Shown: positions 1 to 10,029 of the stretch, piece by piece
How positions within the stretch are numbered: the first letter of the stretch is position 1
Layout of the letters: each line of letters begins with the position of its first letter
Origin: Patescibacteria group bacterium
GTDB taxonomy: Bacteria > Patescibacteriota > Microgenomatia > 0-14-0-10-38-17
Assembly: GCA_050947035.1 (NCBI GenBank)
Contig: JBMNVW010000004.1
Location: 22,433 to 86,432 of the forward strand
DNA length: 64,000 nucleotides
Direction: 5' to 3'
The notes under the pieces: generated by a model
Database searches by the model: none
What the model was told of the DNA's origin: nothing
Seen by the model: only the letters and a program-made list of their open reading frames with translations
Program-made: the position numbers and the translations under genes

Positions 1-46
1 AAAGTTCTCCTAAAGAAGATAGCCAATGAAGAAAGCTTATTAATAA

Positions 47-277
47 TTAAAAGTTTAACTGTAAAAAAACAGACTGATCTTCTTTTTGGGCCTTAATATT
101 GACCAGACTTCTTAAGGCCTGTATTACTCGACCATTCTTGCCAATTATTTTACCCCGGTCCTCTTCAGCAACATCAACTAAATAAACCCTTCCCCTCTCC
201 TCTTCTTGCTCTTCGATGGCAATTGCCTCTGGCTGGTCTACAATATTGGTAATAAGAAATTTAATAAATTCTTCCAT
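47..277 (-). CDS. KH-domain RNA-binding protein (KhpA/YlqC-like)
   Basis: 76-aa ORF with KH-type GKNGRVIQ motif; lies directly downstream of rpsP as in the conserved rpsP-KH-rimM arrangement. Confidence 0.7.
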   Translation of the reverse strand: MEEFIKFLITNIVDQPEAIAIEEQEEERGRVYLVDVAEEDRGKIIGKNGRVIQALRSLVNIKAQKEDQSVFLQLNF

Positions 278-282
278 ATTAT

Positions 283-325
283 TTCAAGATTGGCAAAAAC
301 CACAGGCTTTGCCCGTGGAGTCTAT
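283..325 (-). terminator. conserved hairpin+U5 element (CCACGGGCAAAGCCUGUGG UUUUUGCCAAUCUUGAA) between rpsP stop and KH-gene start; copy 1 of 2
   Basis: stem 8 bp with one mismatch, followed by TTTTT on the minus strand; element ends 6 nt before the ATG. Confidence 0.5.
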
Positions 326-549
326 TTTTTTAATATTTTTCTAACCGGGTCGGTCATTTGAGCTCCCCTTTGACACCAGTATTGAAGGCGTTTTCTATTA
401 ATTTTTAGTTGGTTTTTTTCCGCTCGAGGATTATAGTGGCCAATTTTTTCTACTGCCTTACCGTCTCGCTTACTGCGGGCCTCAGCCACGACGACTCGAT
501 AGCTTCGTTGGTGTTTTTTACCGACTTGGCTTAATTTTATTTTTAGCAT
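322..549 (-). CDS. rpsP: 30S ribosomal protein S16
   Basis: 75-aa basic protein, MLKIKLSQVGKKHQRSYRVVVAEARSKRDG matches S16 N-terminus; uses TAG stop. Confidence 0.9.
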   Translation of the reverse strand: MLKIKLSQVGKKHQRSYRVVVAEARSKRDGKAVEKIGHYNPRAEKNQLKINRKRLQYWCQRGAQMTDPVRKILKK

Positions 550-629
550 AAGGTAAAGTGTATTCTATCACAGCCTGATTTAAGGGTAAAGAAAATTTCC
601 CCATTTGGGCCCTTTAATTACTATAGGGT

Positions 630-1319
630 TTAGGTTTTTAGTTTTTTTAGAGCTTTTTGGGCGGCTTGTTGTTGAGCTTTTTGTTTTGAAAGGCCCTGGC
701 CCTGGGTAATTTTTTTATTAGCAACAAAAACGCCAACAGAAAAAATTCGGTTATGATCGGGGCCTTGGCTTTTTAGAAGCCGATATTCGGGGGTAACTTG
801 ATATTTTTCTTGAACGAACTCTTGAAGCCTACTTTTATAGTCTTTTAGAGTTTTTTTCTTAGCTACAGTCTTAATTCGAGGTAAAACGTTTTTTTCTAAA
901 AACTTTTCAGTTTTTTTTAAACCTTGATCTTGGAAGATGGCCCCAATTAGAGCTTCAAAGGTATCAGCTAATAAGCCCTGATTTTTTCTGCCCCCCTCCT
1001 TTCCTTCGCCGACAGAAAGGAGTAAAAATTGACCCAAGGAAAGTTTTTGAGCAATTTTGGCAAGAGATAAAGTATAAACAACTTGAGAGCGGAAATTAGT
1101 TAATAAACCTTCGGGATAATCAGGGAATTGATTAAAAATAACCCTGGAGACCCAAAACTCTAAAATAGCATCGCCTAAAAATTCTAACCTTTCATTGGAA
1201 GATAACTTTTCTTCTGGCTTTTCGTTTAGATAAGAGCGGTGAGTAAAGGCCCGTTTAAGGATGTCTTTATTATTAAAAACAACACCGATTGTTTTTTCAA
1301 TTTTTTGCGAATTAAACAT
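630..1319 (-). CDS. rnc: ribonuclease III
   Basis: RNase III signature ERLEFLGDA plus C-terminal dsRBD-like basic tail; typical length 229 aa. Confidence 0.9.
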   Translation of the reverse strand: MFNSQKIEKTIGVVFNNKDILKRAFTHRSYLNEKPEEKLSSNERLEFLGDAILEFWVSRVIFNQFPDYPEGLLTNFRSQVVYTLSLAKIAQKLSLGQFLLLSVGEGKEGGRKNQGLLADTFEALIGAIFQDQGLKKTEKFLEKNVLPRIKTVAKKKTLKDYKSRLQEFVQEKYQVTPEYRLLKSQGPDHNRIFSVGVFVANKKITQGQGLSKQKAQQQAAQKALKKLKT

Positions 1320-1326
1320 AAGATTT

Positions 1327-1707
1327 TTAATTTTTAATTGTCAATTTTGAATTATTGACGATTGCCCCCAGGGCGCCATTAATAAATCCGGGCGATTTTT
1401 CTGAACCAAATTCTTTGGCTAATTCAATCGCCTCGTCAATAATTACTTTGATTGGTTCTTTTTTTTCGATTAATAATTCAAAAACCGCCAATCTTAAAAT
1501 AGCCAGATCGATTCGGTTTAGTCGTTCTAAGGGAAATTCTGGGGCAGCTTTGACAATTTTTTTGTCGATTTTTGCCAGTTGATCAACAATGGGCTTAATA
1601 AGATTGTTTTGACTAATTTTTGGGTTTTTTCCTTGAAAAGAATAAGCAAATAACCTTTTGACAAGTTTTTGTCGTTGTTGGTGACGTGGGTCGCGGCGAG
1701 TTTTCAT
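1327..1707 (-). CDS. nusB: transcription antitermination factor NusB
   Basis: 126-aa all-helical protein with NusB-like RLAVFELL / ALGAIVN segments; adjacent to rnc/ribosomal genes. Confidence 0.8.
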   Translation of the reverse strand: MKTRRDPRHQQRQKLVKRLFAYSFQGKNPKISQNNLIKPIVDQLAKIDKKIVKAAPEFPLERLNRIDLAILRLAVFELLIEKKEPIKVIIDEAIELAKEFGSEKSPGFINGALGAIVNNSKLTIKN

Positions 1708-1751
1708 TTCAAGATTGGCAAAAACTACAAGCTTTGCCCGTGGGAATCTAT
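1708..1751 (-). terminator. second, slightly degenerate copy of the same hairpin+U5+GCCAAUCUUGAA element, between rpmF stop and abutting the nusB start codon
   Basis: about 40 of 44 nt identical to copy 1. Confidence 0.45.
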
Positions 1752-1796
1752 AAACAAAAGTTATTGTCAGTCATGAAAGATTAAAAAAAGTTTTGA

Positions 1797-1979
1797 CTAT
1801 TTTTCAACCTCGACTACTGGCATATTTTTATAATAACCACAATGAAGACAAACGCGATGGGTCTCTTTCGGTTGTTGACAATTAGAACAAAGCACCGTTT
1901 TTGGGGCCTTGATTTTAATTGCCGCCCTTCTTTTACCTTGACGATAATGGGATATTTTTCTCTTAGGTAAAGCAGTCAT
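1797..1979 (-). CDS. rpmF: 50S ribosomal protein L32
   Basis: 60 aa, MTALPKRKISHYRQGKRRA N-terminus and CxxC...CxxC zinc ribbon (CSNC...CLHC). Confidence 0.85.
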   Translation of the reverse strand: MTALPKRKISHYRQGKRRAAIKIKAPKTVLCSNCQQPKETHRVCLHCGYYKNMPVVEVEK

Positions 1980-2148
1980 ATTTGTAATTTACAATTCCCA
2001 ATTTTCAATTTCCAATAAATAACCAATGTTTTAATTTAGAATGAAAATTTAATAATTTAAAAATTCATTGGAAAATTGCTTGTCCGCAACGCCGAGCAAG
2101 CTTGTCTTGCATGGCGAACAGGGTCGGTTGAAAAATTGAGAATTATCT

Positions 2149-4167
2149 TTAGTTTGGTTCTACCTGGCCTATTTTATCCTCTTCCAGCCTTTTTTTCAAG
2201 CTGTCAGGCATCTTTTCTCTTTTTATTAACCACTTGGCCCAGGTTTTAGTTTTTTCTACTAGCCGATAATCAGTTAAATTAGCCAATTTAAATTCTGGAA
2301 AACCATGTTGGGCGGTGCCAAAAACTTCCCCTGGTCCCCTCTCCTTAAGATCTAGTTTAGCCAGCTTAATGCCTAAATTAGTTTTTTCTAAAATTTTTAA
2401 TCGTCGATAACTTTTTTTACCCGAACTGGTGGGGGCAAATAACAAGCAATAAGATTGCCGATTGTTTCGGCCAATGCGGCCACGTAATTGATGAATTTGC
2501 GCTAAGCCAAAACGATTGGCCCCCTCAACAACCATAATTGTGGCTCCGGGAATATCCAGGCCGACTTCAACTATCGAGGTGGCGACTAGAATATCAATTC
2601 TACCCAGGGAGAATTTTTTGATAATTTGATTTTTTTTATTACTTTTAATTTGGCCATGGATTAGAGCAAGATTAAAATCAGCAAAAACAGTTTTTTTTAA
2701 TTTTTTGTATTCGGATACGGCGGCTTTGACGTCTTTCATGGTTTCATGTTTTGATTCCTCGATTAAAGGATAAATTATAAAAACCTGAGCTTTGTTTTTT
2801 TGGATTTGTTTTTTTATCCAATCGTAGGCCGAAGAGCGCTTTTTTTCTGGGACTAGCCAGGTTTTAGCCGGTTTTCTATTTTTGGGCATTTGATTAAGAA
2901 AAGATAGATCAAGATTGCCATGAAGTACCAGGGCGACACTCCTAGGGATGGGGGTGGCCGTCATAGTTAGTACGTGTGGGAAAAGCCGATTGCCGGTTTT
3001 GATTAAAGCCGATCTTTGCTTAACGCCAAAACGATGTTGCTCATCAATAACGACTAAGCCAATATCTTCTGGCAGTTTTTTCTTAAAAAGAAGAGCGTGC
3101 GTACCAATCAGAATGTCGGCTTGGTTAAGATTTTTTTGATAAGTTCCAGTTTGGAGACCGATTTTGATTTTTTCCGGCAAGAACTTCTTGAAAGTATCGT
3201 AATGCTGTTTGGCCAAAATTTCTGTGGGAGCCATAACCAGGGTTTTTAATTGGTTCTGCCAGGCAGTAAAGGCGGCAATTATGGCGATGATAGTTTTACC
3301 ACTACCCACATCACCGCACAATAACTGGTTCATGGCCACATTTTTTTCTAGGCTCTCAAGGGTTTTTTTGATAATTTTTTCTTGAGCGCCGGTTAGCTTG
3401 AAAGGAAGCTGATTAATAAGCCTCCTAATGGCTGTTTTTTTAGCTTTTATTTTGGGAGCCGGACGCTGTTTTTGCCAAGACATTTTCTTGATTTGGGCCT
3501 TTACTTGAGGTAAAAATAGTTCGTCAAAGGCTAATCTTTTTTGAGCGGCTAAATAATCAGTCTTTTTTGGGGGGAAATGAATTTTTTTTAGCGCTTCCTG
3601 ATAGGACAAAAGTCCTTCTTGATCTAAAATTTTTCTAGGTAAAAATTCCTTCAAGGGAATCTTGAGAGCAGTTTTAATACGGGATCGCAGCCATTTAGAA
3701 GAAACACCTTTGGTTTCCGGATAAACGGCGACAATTTGGCCGGTATGAATTGGGGGTCGATTGGGTAAAATAATTTCGAATTCGGGGCTAGTGATGATTT
3801 TTTGTGAGCCAAAAGTTTCGATAACTCCTGACAAGCTGACCCTGGTTCCCCTTTTAAAATTGTTTAATAAAAAAGGTTGATTAAACCAGGTTGCTTTAAC
3901 TTGGCCAGTTTCGTCAGTAATTGTTGCTTTTTGTAAGCTTTTGCCTTGAGATCGGTATTGGTTAGAGATGGCGGTTATTGTTCCTTGAATAGTGACAGTC
4001 TCTTGAGGCTTGGCAAAAGCAATTTTAACAATTTGGGAAAAATCTTGATAATGGTCAGGATAGTGATGCAGTAGGTCGTAAACAGAACTGATTTTTAATT
4101 TAGCTAGTCTTTTAGTATATATTTTGCCTATTCCGGGAAGTTTATTAACCGGATCAGAGGGTTTCAT
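2149..4167 (-). CDS. recG: ATP-dependent DNA helicase RecG
   Basis: 672 aa; Walker A GDVGSGKT, DEQH box (VIDEQHRFGV), N-terminal wedge/OB region; typical RecG architecture. Confidence 0.9.
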   Translation of the reverse strand: MKPSDPVNKLPGIGKIYTKRLAKLKISSVYDLLHHYPDHYQDFSQIVKIAFAKPQETVTIQGTITAISNQYRSQGKSLQKATITDETGQVKATWFNQPFLLNNFKRGTRVSLSGVIETFGSQKIITSPEFEIILPNRPPIHTGQIVAVYPETKGVSSKWLRSRIKTALKIPLKEFLPRKILDQEGLLSYQEALKKIHFPPKKTDYLAAQKRLAFDELFLPQVKAQIKKMSWQKQRPAPKIKAKKTAIRRLINQLPFKLTGAQEKIIKKTLESLEKNVAMNQLLCGDVGSGKTIIAIIAAFTAWQNQLKTLVMAPTEILAKQHYDTFKKFLPEKIKIGLQTGTYQKNLNQADILIGTHALLFKKKLPEDIGLVVIDEQHRFGVKQRSALIKTGNRLFPHVLTMTATPIPRSVALVLHGNLDLSFLNQMPKNRKPAKTWLVPEKKRSSAYDWIKKQIQKNKAQVFIIYPLIEESKHETMKDVKAAVSEYKKLKKTVFADFNLALIHGQIKSNKKNQIIKKFSLGRIDILVATSIVEVGLDIPGATIMVVEGANRFGLAQIHQLRGRIGRNNRQSYCLLFAPTSSGKKSYRRLKILEKTNLGIKLAKLDLKERGPGEVFGTAQHGFPEFKLANLTDYRLVEKTKTWAKWLIKREKMPDSLKKRLEEDKIGQVEPN

Positions 4168-4178
4168 AAAAAATGTTT

Positions 4179-4280
4179 TTAACCAAAAAAGATAGCCAGG
4201 AAAGGAACAAGAGAAGTTAAAATCATGGCGACTGAGGCAATGATAACAACAATTTTTATAAGCTTCTTTTTCTTTTTCAT
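4179..4280 (-). CDS. possible 33-aa small hydrophobic membrane peptide (MKKKKKLIKIVVIIASVAMILTSLVPFLAIFFG)
   Basis: short ORF not in supplied track; Lys-rich N-terminus followed by a single TM-like segment; located in recG/PBP divergent intergenic region. Confidence 0.25.
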   Translation of the reverse strand: MKKKKKLIKIVVIIASVAMILTSLVPFLAIFFG

Positions 4281-4439
4281 CGCTATTATTATAGCCAAAA
4301 TTGGACCGTTGAGCAAAGTTTCCACCTTAGTCGCTTTCACCTTTAAGGTGTAGACTGGAAGGTGTAAGTAGTTGTTTTCTTGCCTCCTCTCCCCTTTTCA
4401 GTTAAACTTAAGGGTAGTTAAAATGTCTCTTGAGTTTTT

Positions 4440-7067
4440 ATGAATTGGTGGCAAATATTTAAGCGACGCTTAAACCAGCTTAAAAGAAAACGATCAGGTT
4501 ATCGAAGGCGAAAGAAAATAACTCCTCAAAAAGCTCTTTTGATTTTGGGAATTAGTGGAGCAATTCTTTTGCTGGCTTTATTTTTAACTATAATTTGGTT
4601 TGCTCGTGATTTGCCCCAACCGGGACAAGTAGTTCGTCGGGAAGGTTTTACCACCCGGGTTTTTGATCGAAATGGCGAGGTTATTTATGATATTTTTCAA
4701 GAACAAAAACGTAGTCCGATTACCTTTGAACAATTGCCGGAAAACCTAATTCAGGCCACAATTGCCATTGAAGACAAAGACTTTTATCATCATAAAGGGT
4801 TTTATCTTCCCGGTATTTTTCGTGGTCTTTATCGAACTGTTTTTGAGCGCAATGTTCAGGGTGGCTCGACCCTAACTCAGCAGTTGGTAAAAAATGTTTT
4901 GCTTACTCCCCAAAGAACAATTGTAAGAAAAGCTAAAGAATTTTTATTGGCTATTCAGATTGAGACCCGGTTTTCTAAAGATCAAATTTTAACGATGTAT
5001 CTTAATGAAGCTCCCTATGGGGGAACGGCTTGGGGAGTGGGCACTGCCGCTGAACTTTATTTTGGTAAATCAGTTGACCAACTATCTTTGGTTGAGTCGG
5101 CAATTTTGGCTGGCCTTCCTCAGCGGCCAACGACTTATTCTCCCTTTGGCACCGAACCGGAGGCTTATATTGCCCGAACCAAGCATGTTTTAAGGCGAAT
5201 GAGAGAAGATGGTTATATTAGTGTTGATGAAGAAGAGCAAGCTTTGGAAGAATTGGATCAAGTTGTTTTTTCTGATACTTCCTCGGAGTTTTTGGCCCCT
5301 CACTTTGTTATGTATGTTAAGAAACAATTAATTGAGCGTTATGGCGAGGCCATGGTTGAGGGCGGGGGTTTGAGAGTAACAACAACTCTAGATTTAGATT
5401 TACAGGAACTAGCCGAAGAAACAGTTGAAGAACAAATGGAAACAATGGCCCAATATAAAATTGGCAACACCGGCGTAGTTGTTCTTGATCCCCAAACTGG
5501 AGAAATTTTGGCAATGATTGGTTCTAAAGATTATAACGAGCCCAATTTTGGTAAGTTTAATACCACCACCGCTTTAAGACAGCCTGGCTCTTCGATTAAG
5601 CCTATTACCTATGTTACGGCCCTAAAAAGAGGCTATACTGCCGCCCACGTTTTATTTGATTGCTTAACTGATTTTCCTGGAGCCACGGCCCAAAAGCCAT
5701 ATCGGCCCACTAATTATGATCATACTTATCATGGACCAATGCAGGTGCGCTTTGCCTTAGGCAATTCCAAGAATGTCCCGGCCGTAAAAATGCTGGCCCA
5801 GGTGGGTTTGAAAAATATGCTTCAAACTGCCTATGATTTAGGTTTATCGACCCTGGAACCAACTAGTCGGAATTTGTCTCGTCTTGGTTTGTCAGTAACT
5901 CTGGGTGGTGGCGAAGTTCGACTTTTAGAAATGGTTGGGGCTTATTCGGCTTTTGCCAATACCGGTTTGAAGGTCGAGCCAGTAGCAATTTTAAGAGTTG
6001 CTGATCGAGATGGCAAGATTTTAGATGAATTTGAGCCTCGATCAGGGAGAAGGATTTTAAAAGAAGGTGAGGCCTTCATTATTTCTGATATTTTAGCTGA
6101 TAATAAGGCTCGAGAGATTGTTTTTGGCCCCAACTCTTCTCTAAACATTGCTAATCGAAAGGTGGCGGTAAAAACCGGAACAACCAATGATATGCGTGAT
6201 AATTGGGCTATTGGTTGGACCCCACAAGCAATAGTGGGGGTTTGGGTGGGTAATAATGATAATTCTCCCATGAGCTATGTTGCTTCTGGCTTCGCTGGTG
6301 CCTCACCTATTTGGCGAAAAATTATGCTTGAGACAATTGCCAAATATCCGGGGGAAGATTTTGCTGTTCCTGATTCGGTAATCAAAGAGGAAATTGATCA
6401 AGTTTCTGGGGCCCTAGCCCATGATGGTTTTCCTTCTCGGGAGGAATATTTTATCAAGGGAACCGAACCGACCGGTGAGGACAAAATGCATGTTTTGCTA
6501 AAGGTTTGTCGAGAGGAAAATAAATTAGCTACTCCCCTAGACATTGAACGAGGCAATTATGAGGAAAAAGAATTTATTATTGCCGAAGAAGAAGATCCTT
6601 ATGGCTCGACTAATAATCGTTGGCAGGTTGGTATTGATGCTTGGATTGGGGAGCAGGACGACCCCCGTTATCGGGTACCAACAGAATATTGTGATGGTGA
6701 TAGCCAGGTGGGAGTTAGAATTCGGGAACCGAAAGACGAAACCACTGTTGATAATGAATTTAAGGTCAGGGTTCGACCCCTATCAGTTAATGATATTGAC
6801 TGGGTAAAAATTTATGTTGATGGACAAGAAAAACAAACTTTAACAAAAGATCCTTGGGAAGTTCGTTTGGTTTTATCTGATGGCCCTTACAAAATTAAGG
6901 CCAAGATGAGAGATTCGGCCGGCAAAGAGGCGGAAGCCGAAGTTAGAATTGGTGTTAATGTTGATTGGGATTGGGAGCCTGAGCCGACAGCAACTCCAAC
7001 GTCCATGATAACTGAAGAGATTGAGCCAACCCCTACTCTTGAGCCAGAAGATGACGAGACAGATTAG
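4440..7067 (+). CDS. class A penicillin-binding protein (bifunctional transglycosylase/transpeptidase) with C-terminal Ig-like/Pro-Thr-rich extension
   Basis: GT51 motifs (EDKDFYHH, GGSTLTQQ) followed by transpeptidase SxxK/SxN/KTG motifs (SSIK, KTGTT); N-terminal TM anchor; acidic PT-rich tail. Confidence 0.9.
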   Translation: MNWWQIFKRRLNQLKRKRSGYRRRKKITPQKALLILGISGAILLLALFLTIIWFARDLPQPGQVVRREGFTTRVFDRNGEVIYDIFQEQKRSPITFEQLPENLIQATIAIEDKDFYHHKGFYLPGIFRGLYRTVFERNVQGGSTLTQQLVKNVLLTPQRTIVRKAKEFLLAIQIETRFSKDQILTMYLNEAPYGGTAWGVGTAAELYFGKSVDQLSLVESAILAGLPQRPTTYSPFGTEPEAYIARTKHVLRRMREDGYISVDEEEQALEELDQVVFSDTSSEFLAPHFVMYVKKQLIERYGEAMVEGGGLRVTTTLDLDLQELAEETVEEQMETMAQYKIGNTGVVVLDPQTGEILAMIGSKDYNEPNFGKFNTTTALRQPGSSIKPITYVTALKRGYTAAHVLFDCLTDFPGATAQKPYRPTNYDHTYHGPMQVRFALGNSKNVPAVKMLAQVGLKNMLQTAYDLGLSTLEPTSRNLSRLGLSVTLGGGEVRLLEMVGAYSAFANTGLKVEPVAILRVADRDGKILDEFEPRSGRRILKEGEAFIISDILADNKAREIVFGPNSSLNIANRKVAVKTGTTNDMRDNWAIGWTPQAIVGVWVGNNDNSPMSYVASGFAGASPIWRKIMLETIAKYPGEDFAVPDSVIKEEIDQVSGALAHDGFPSREEYFIKGTEPTGEDKMHVLLKVCREENKLATPLDIERGNYEEKEFIIAEEEDPYGSTNNRWQVGIDAWIGEQDDPRYRVPTEYCDGDSQVGVRIREPKDETTVDNEFKVRVRPLSVNDIDWVKIYVDGQEKQTLTKDPWEVRLVLSDGPYKIKAKMRDSAGKEAEAEVRIGVNVDWDWEPEPTATPTSMITEEIEPTPTLEPEDDETD

Positions 7068-7069
7068 TG

Positions 7070-8980
7070 TTAGTGGTTTGATTTTAGGTTAAAAATTTTT
7101 CGATGGATTTTTTTGGCTTTTTTAGTTGAACAATTATGATAAAAAGCCCGAAGAGTATATTTGTATTTTTCTTTGTCTTGATAAACATCCAAAACAACCA
7201 ATTGCCATAAAAATTTTGGATCAAATTGATTTTGGTATTTTTTAATTAATTTTTTCGGGTCCTTTTTTTCTTTAAAAAATAGATTAGCATCAAGGTCAAT
7301 TATTTGCTTTGTTAACTCTTTGGCGGAATGGTCTTTCAGTTGAGGTGGTTTTTGAAGGCTAATTTTAGGGATTTTTTCTAGAGATTTGCTTATTTTGTTA
7401 AGGTCTATTTCTACCATTGCCCCGTTTTTAACCTCTAAAAAAGTTTCCTTTTTGGTTTTTAATAAGCCCAAATCATGATAAAAAATTTTAATTCTTTTGG
7501 CTAGTCTTTTAGGGTCTTGGTCAAAAACACCTAAAGACCAGCGCTCCCGGTATTTATCCCCATCTTGATAGAAAATTTTACCAATCTCAAAAAAACGTTT
7601 TTGGGGAACTTTTAGTTTTTGATATTGTTGGCTTTGGACTTTTAGACAAGAACAAATTGAGGCTCGCAATAGGGGATATCGATTGTTAATATTATTTTCG
7701 GTGTAAACAGGCTTGGCCTCTTTTGGTAAGAAATCGGCTTTTAGAAATTGGTTTTTTTTGATTAATGGCCAAGAGCGAACCTCATCATAACCCAAATTAA
7801 CCAAGGTGTTTTTGGCCGCTTCAATTAAATGAAGCACTGGAGGAGTGATTTCTGGTAAAATCTTGGCCGAAATCGGTTGATTGGTGGGAATATTTTGATA
7901 GCCCCAAAAACGAATTACCTCTTCGGCCAAATCTTCTTCTAGCTCTAGATCGGTTCGATAAGAGGGGGGGGTTACTAGCCAAACTTCTTTTTGTCGGTGA
8001 TTAACTAAACAACCTAAAGACTGAAAAATTTTTAAGCAAAATCGGCTTTTAATATCTACTCCGGCAATGAGACTAGGGGCTTGAGGATGGAATTTAATTT
8101 GCTTTTTGTTTTGGGGTTTTTTTTCTTTGGGATAGTAGCTATAAACAGAGCTGATGATTTGCCCCTGGCAATTGGCTAAAATTAAATTTATTAAATGACT
8201 AAAAGCCGGAGGAACAAGGCCAAGATCCAATTTTTTTTCTAATCTTAAACTGGCCTCAGTGATTACTTTTAGATTTTTAGAATCTTCTCTTACCTTGGTA
8301 GGATTGTAAATGGCCATTTCAATAATCGCCTCTTTGGTATCAAGGCCAACTCCGGAATTTTTGCCGCCGACAATGCCCGCCAAACTCAAAACTTCTTTTT
8401 GGTTGCTGATTTGCAAGGTGTCTCTTTTTAAGGTAATTTTGCTACCGTCGAAACTAGTAAATTGGGCAAACTTACCCTGATTAAGTTCCCAAATAAGATT
8501 ATCAGTTGACTTTTGGGCATCGAAAGCATGATTGGGAATACCCCAAAGAAGCATGACGTAATTGGTTAGATCAACTAAAGTGTTAATAGAGCTGATGTCG
8601 TGAAGCTTTAGAAATTTTTTTAACCAGTCGGGAGAAGGTCGGTTTTCCAAAGAACCCATCTTTATTGCCATAATTCTTTTTACTTGATTTTTAGCCTTAA
8701 CCCGAAGAGGAAGTTTTTTTGAAGTCGTAATGGCCGGTAGAGTTTTTTGGGGGCTTTTAAAGGTTAAGTCATAAAGAGTAGCCAGGTCTTTGGCAATGCC
8801 CCAATAGCCTAGGCAATCAGCCCGGTTTTGCCTAATTTCTAAACTAATAACAATCTCTCCATCCTTATTTTCTATTTCTTCAACGAAATGGCCAATTAAA
8901 GTTAGATCTTGGGCCAGTTTTTCTACTGGCTGATTAAGATCAGGAAGCAGTTTTTTTAGCTTTGAGTAAACAATTTTCAT
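7070..8980 (-). CDS. pheT: phenylalanine--tRNA ligase beta subunit (short form, 636 aa)
   Basis: immediately downstream of and overlapping pheS (ATGA overlap); B3/4 and B5-like regions; shorter than canonical bacterial PheT. Confidence 0.8.
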   Translation of the reverse strand: MKIVYSKLKKLLPDLNQPVEKLAQDLTLIGHFVEEIENKDGEIVISLEIRQNRADCLGYWGIAKDLATLYDLTFKSPQKTLPAITTSKKLPLRVKAKNQVKRIMAIKMGSLENRPSPDWLKKFLKLHDISSINTLVDLTNYVMLLWGIPNHAFDAQKSTDNLIWELNQGKFAQFTSFDGSKITLKRDTLQISNQKEVLSLAGIVGGKNSGVGLDTKEAIIEMAIYNPTKVREDSKNLKVITEASLRLEKKLDLGLVPPAFSHLINLILANCQGQIISSVYSYYPKEKKPQNKKQIKFHPQAPSLIAGVDIKSRFCLKIFQSLGCLVNHRQKEVWLVTPPSYRTDLELEEDLAEEVIRFWGYQNIPTNQPISAKILPEITPPVLHLIEAAKNTLVNLGYDEVRSWPLIKKNQFLKADFLPKEAKPVYTENNINNRYPLLRASICSCLKVQSQQYQKLKVPQKRFFEIGKIFYQDGDKYRERWSLGVFDQDPKRLAKRIKIFYHDLGLLKTKKETFLEVKNGAMVEIDLNKISKSLEKIPKISLQKPPQLKDHSAKELTKQIIDLDANLFFKEKKDPKKLIKKYQNQFDPKFLWQLVVLDVYQDKEKYKYTLRAFYHNCSTKKAKKIHRKIFNLKSNH

Positions 8981-9987
8981 GGTTGGTTTGGTTTGTAGGC
9001 TAAATTTCCTCCTAACAAAGTTCTAATATCGTCAATTTTATATTTGGCCATTACCCAACGGTCTAAGCCTAAACCAAAAGCAAAGCCCCGCCAGGATTTG
9101 GGATCAATGCCGGCCATTGATAATACTTTAGGGTGGATAATGCCGGCTCCACCCATTTCAATCCAGCCAGTTCCTTTGCATAAAGAGCAGCCTTTTCCTT
9201 GACAAGAGAAACAACGGATATCTAAGCCCAGGCCTGGTTCTACCTCGGGGTAATATTTACAACGATAGCGGACAACAACTTTTTTCCCATAAAGTTTTTT
9301 AAAAAGAGCATCAAGGGTGCCGATCAAATCTTTCATGGTGATATTATTATCAACGGCCACGGCCTGGTAATGATGGAAAATAAAGTGGTTGCTTTTATTG
9401 ACTTTTTCGTTACGATAAACTCGAGCGGCAAAAGCGGCCTTAAAAGGGGGGGGTTCTTTTTCTAATAACCTAGTTTCGATAGCTGATGCTTGAGTCCGCA
9501 ACAGCATTTTTGGTTCTTTAATATAAATAGTGTCTTGCATATCACGGGCTGGGTGATTGGGGGGAACATTGAGGCGCTGAAAACAATATTCGTCAGTCTC
9601 AATTTCTGGCCCCTCATAAGTCGAAAACCCCAAACTTTTAAAGAAATTATCAATTTCATTAGTGGTGATAGTGATGGGATGAAGATGGCCCAGTTTAGGT
9701 AAGAGGTAGTGGATTTTTTCTTTATCTTTGACTAATTTTGAAGTTGGCTTAAGTTGTTTCTGTTTTGTTTTAATGAGTTTTTCTAGTTTTTCCTTGGCTA
9801 AATTAAGATTTTTCCCTAGGGTCTTTTTTTCTTCAATCGGCAGCTTATTAATTTTATTAAATTGTTGATTAATTAGGCCCTTGCGACCCAAAAATCTAAC
9901 CCTAACTCTTTCTAGTTGAGAAGGAGTTTTTGCTTCTTTAATTTTTTCTTGAGCTGAATTTAAGATTTTAGTGAGGTTCATTATCAA
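8977..9987 (-). CDS. pheS: phenylalanine--tRNA ligase alpha subunit
   Basis: class II aaRS motifs, FSCQGKGCSLCKGTGWIEMGGAG C-terminal signature of PheS. Confidence 0.9.
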   Translation of the reverse strand: MIMNLTKILNSAQEKIKEAKTPSQLERVRVRFLGRKGLINQQFNKINKLPIEEKKTLGKNLNLAKEKLEKLIKTKQKQLKPTSKLVKDKEKIHYLLPKLGHLHPITITTNEIDNFFKSLGFSTYEGPEIETDEYCFQRLNVPPNHPARDMQDTIYIKEPKMLLRTQASAIETRLLEKEPPPFKAAFAARVYRNEKVNKSNHFIFHHYQAVAVDNNITMKDLIGTLDALFKKLYGKKVVVRYRCKYYPEVEPGLGLDIRCFSCQGKGCSLCKGTGWIEMGGAGIIHPKVLSMAGIDPKSWRGFAFGLGLDRWVMAKYKIDDIRTLLGGNLAYKPNQP

Positions 9988-10029
9988 CTAAGCTGAGCCA
10001 ATTAGAAGAAAAACAGGCCTTTTGACTAG

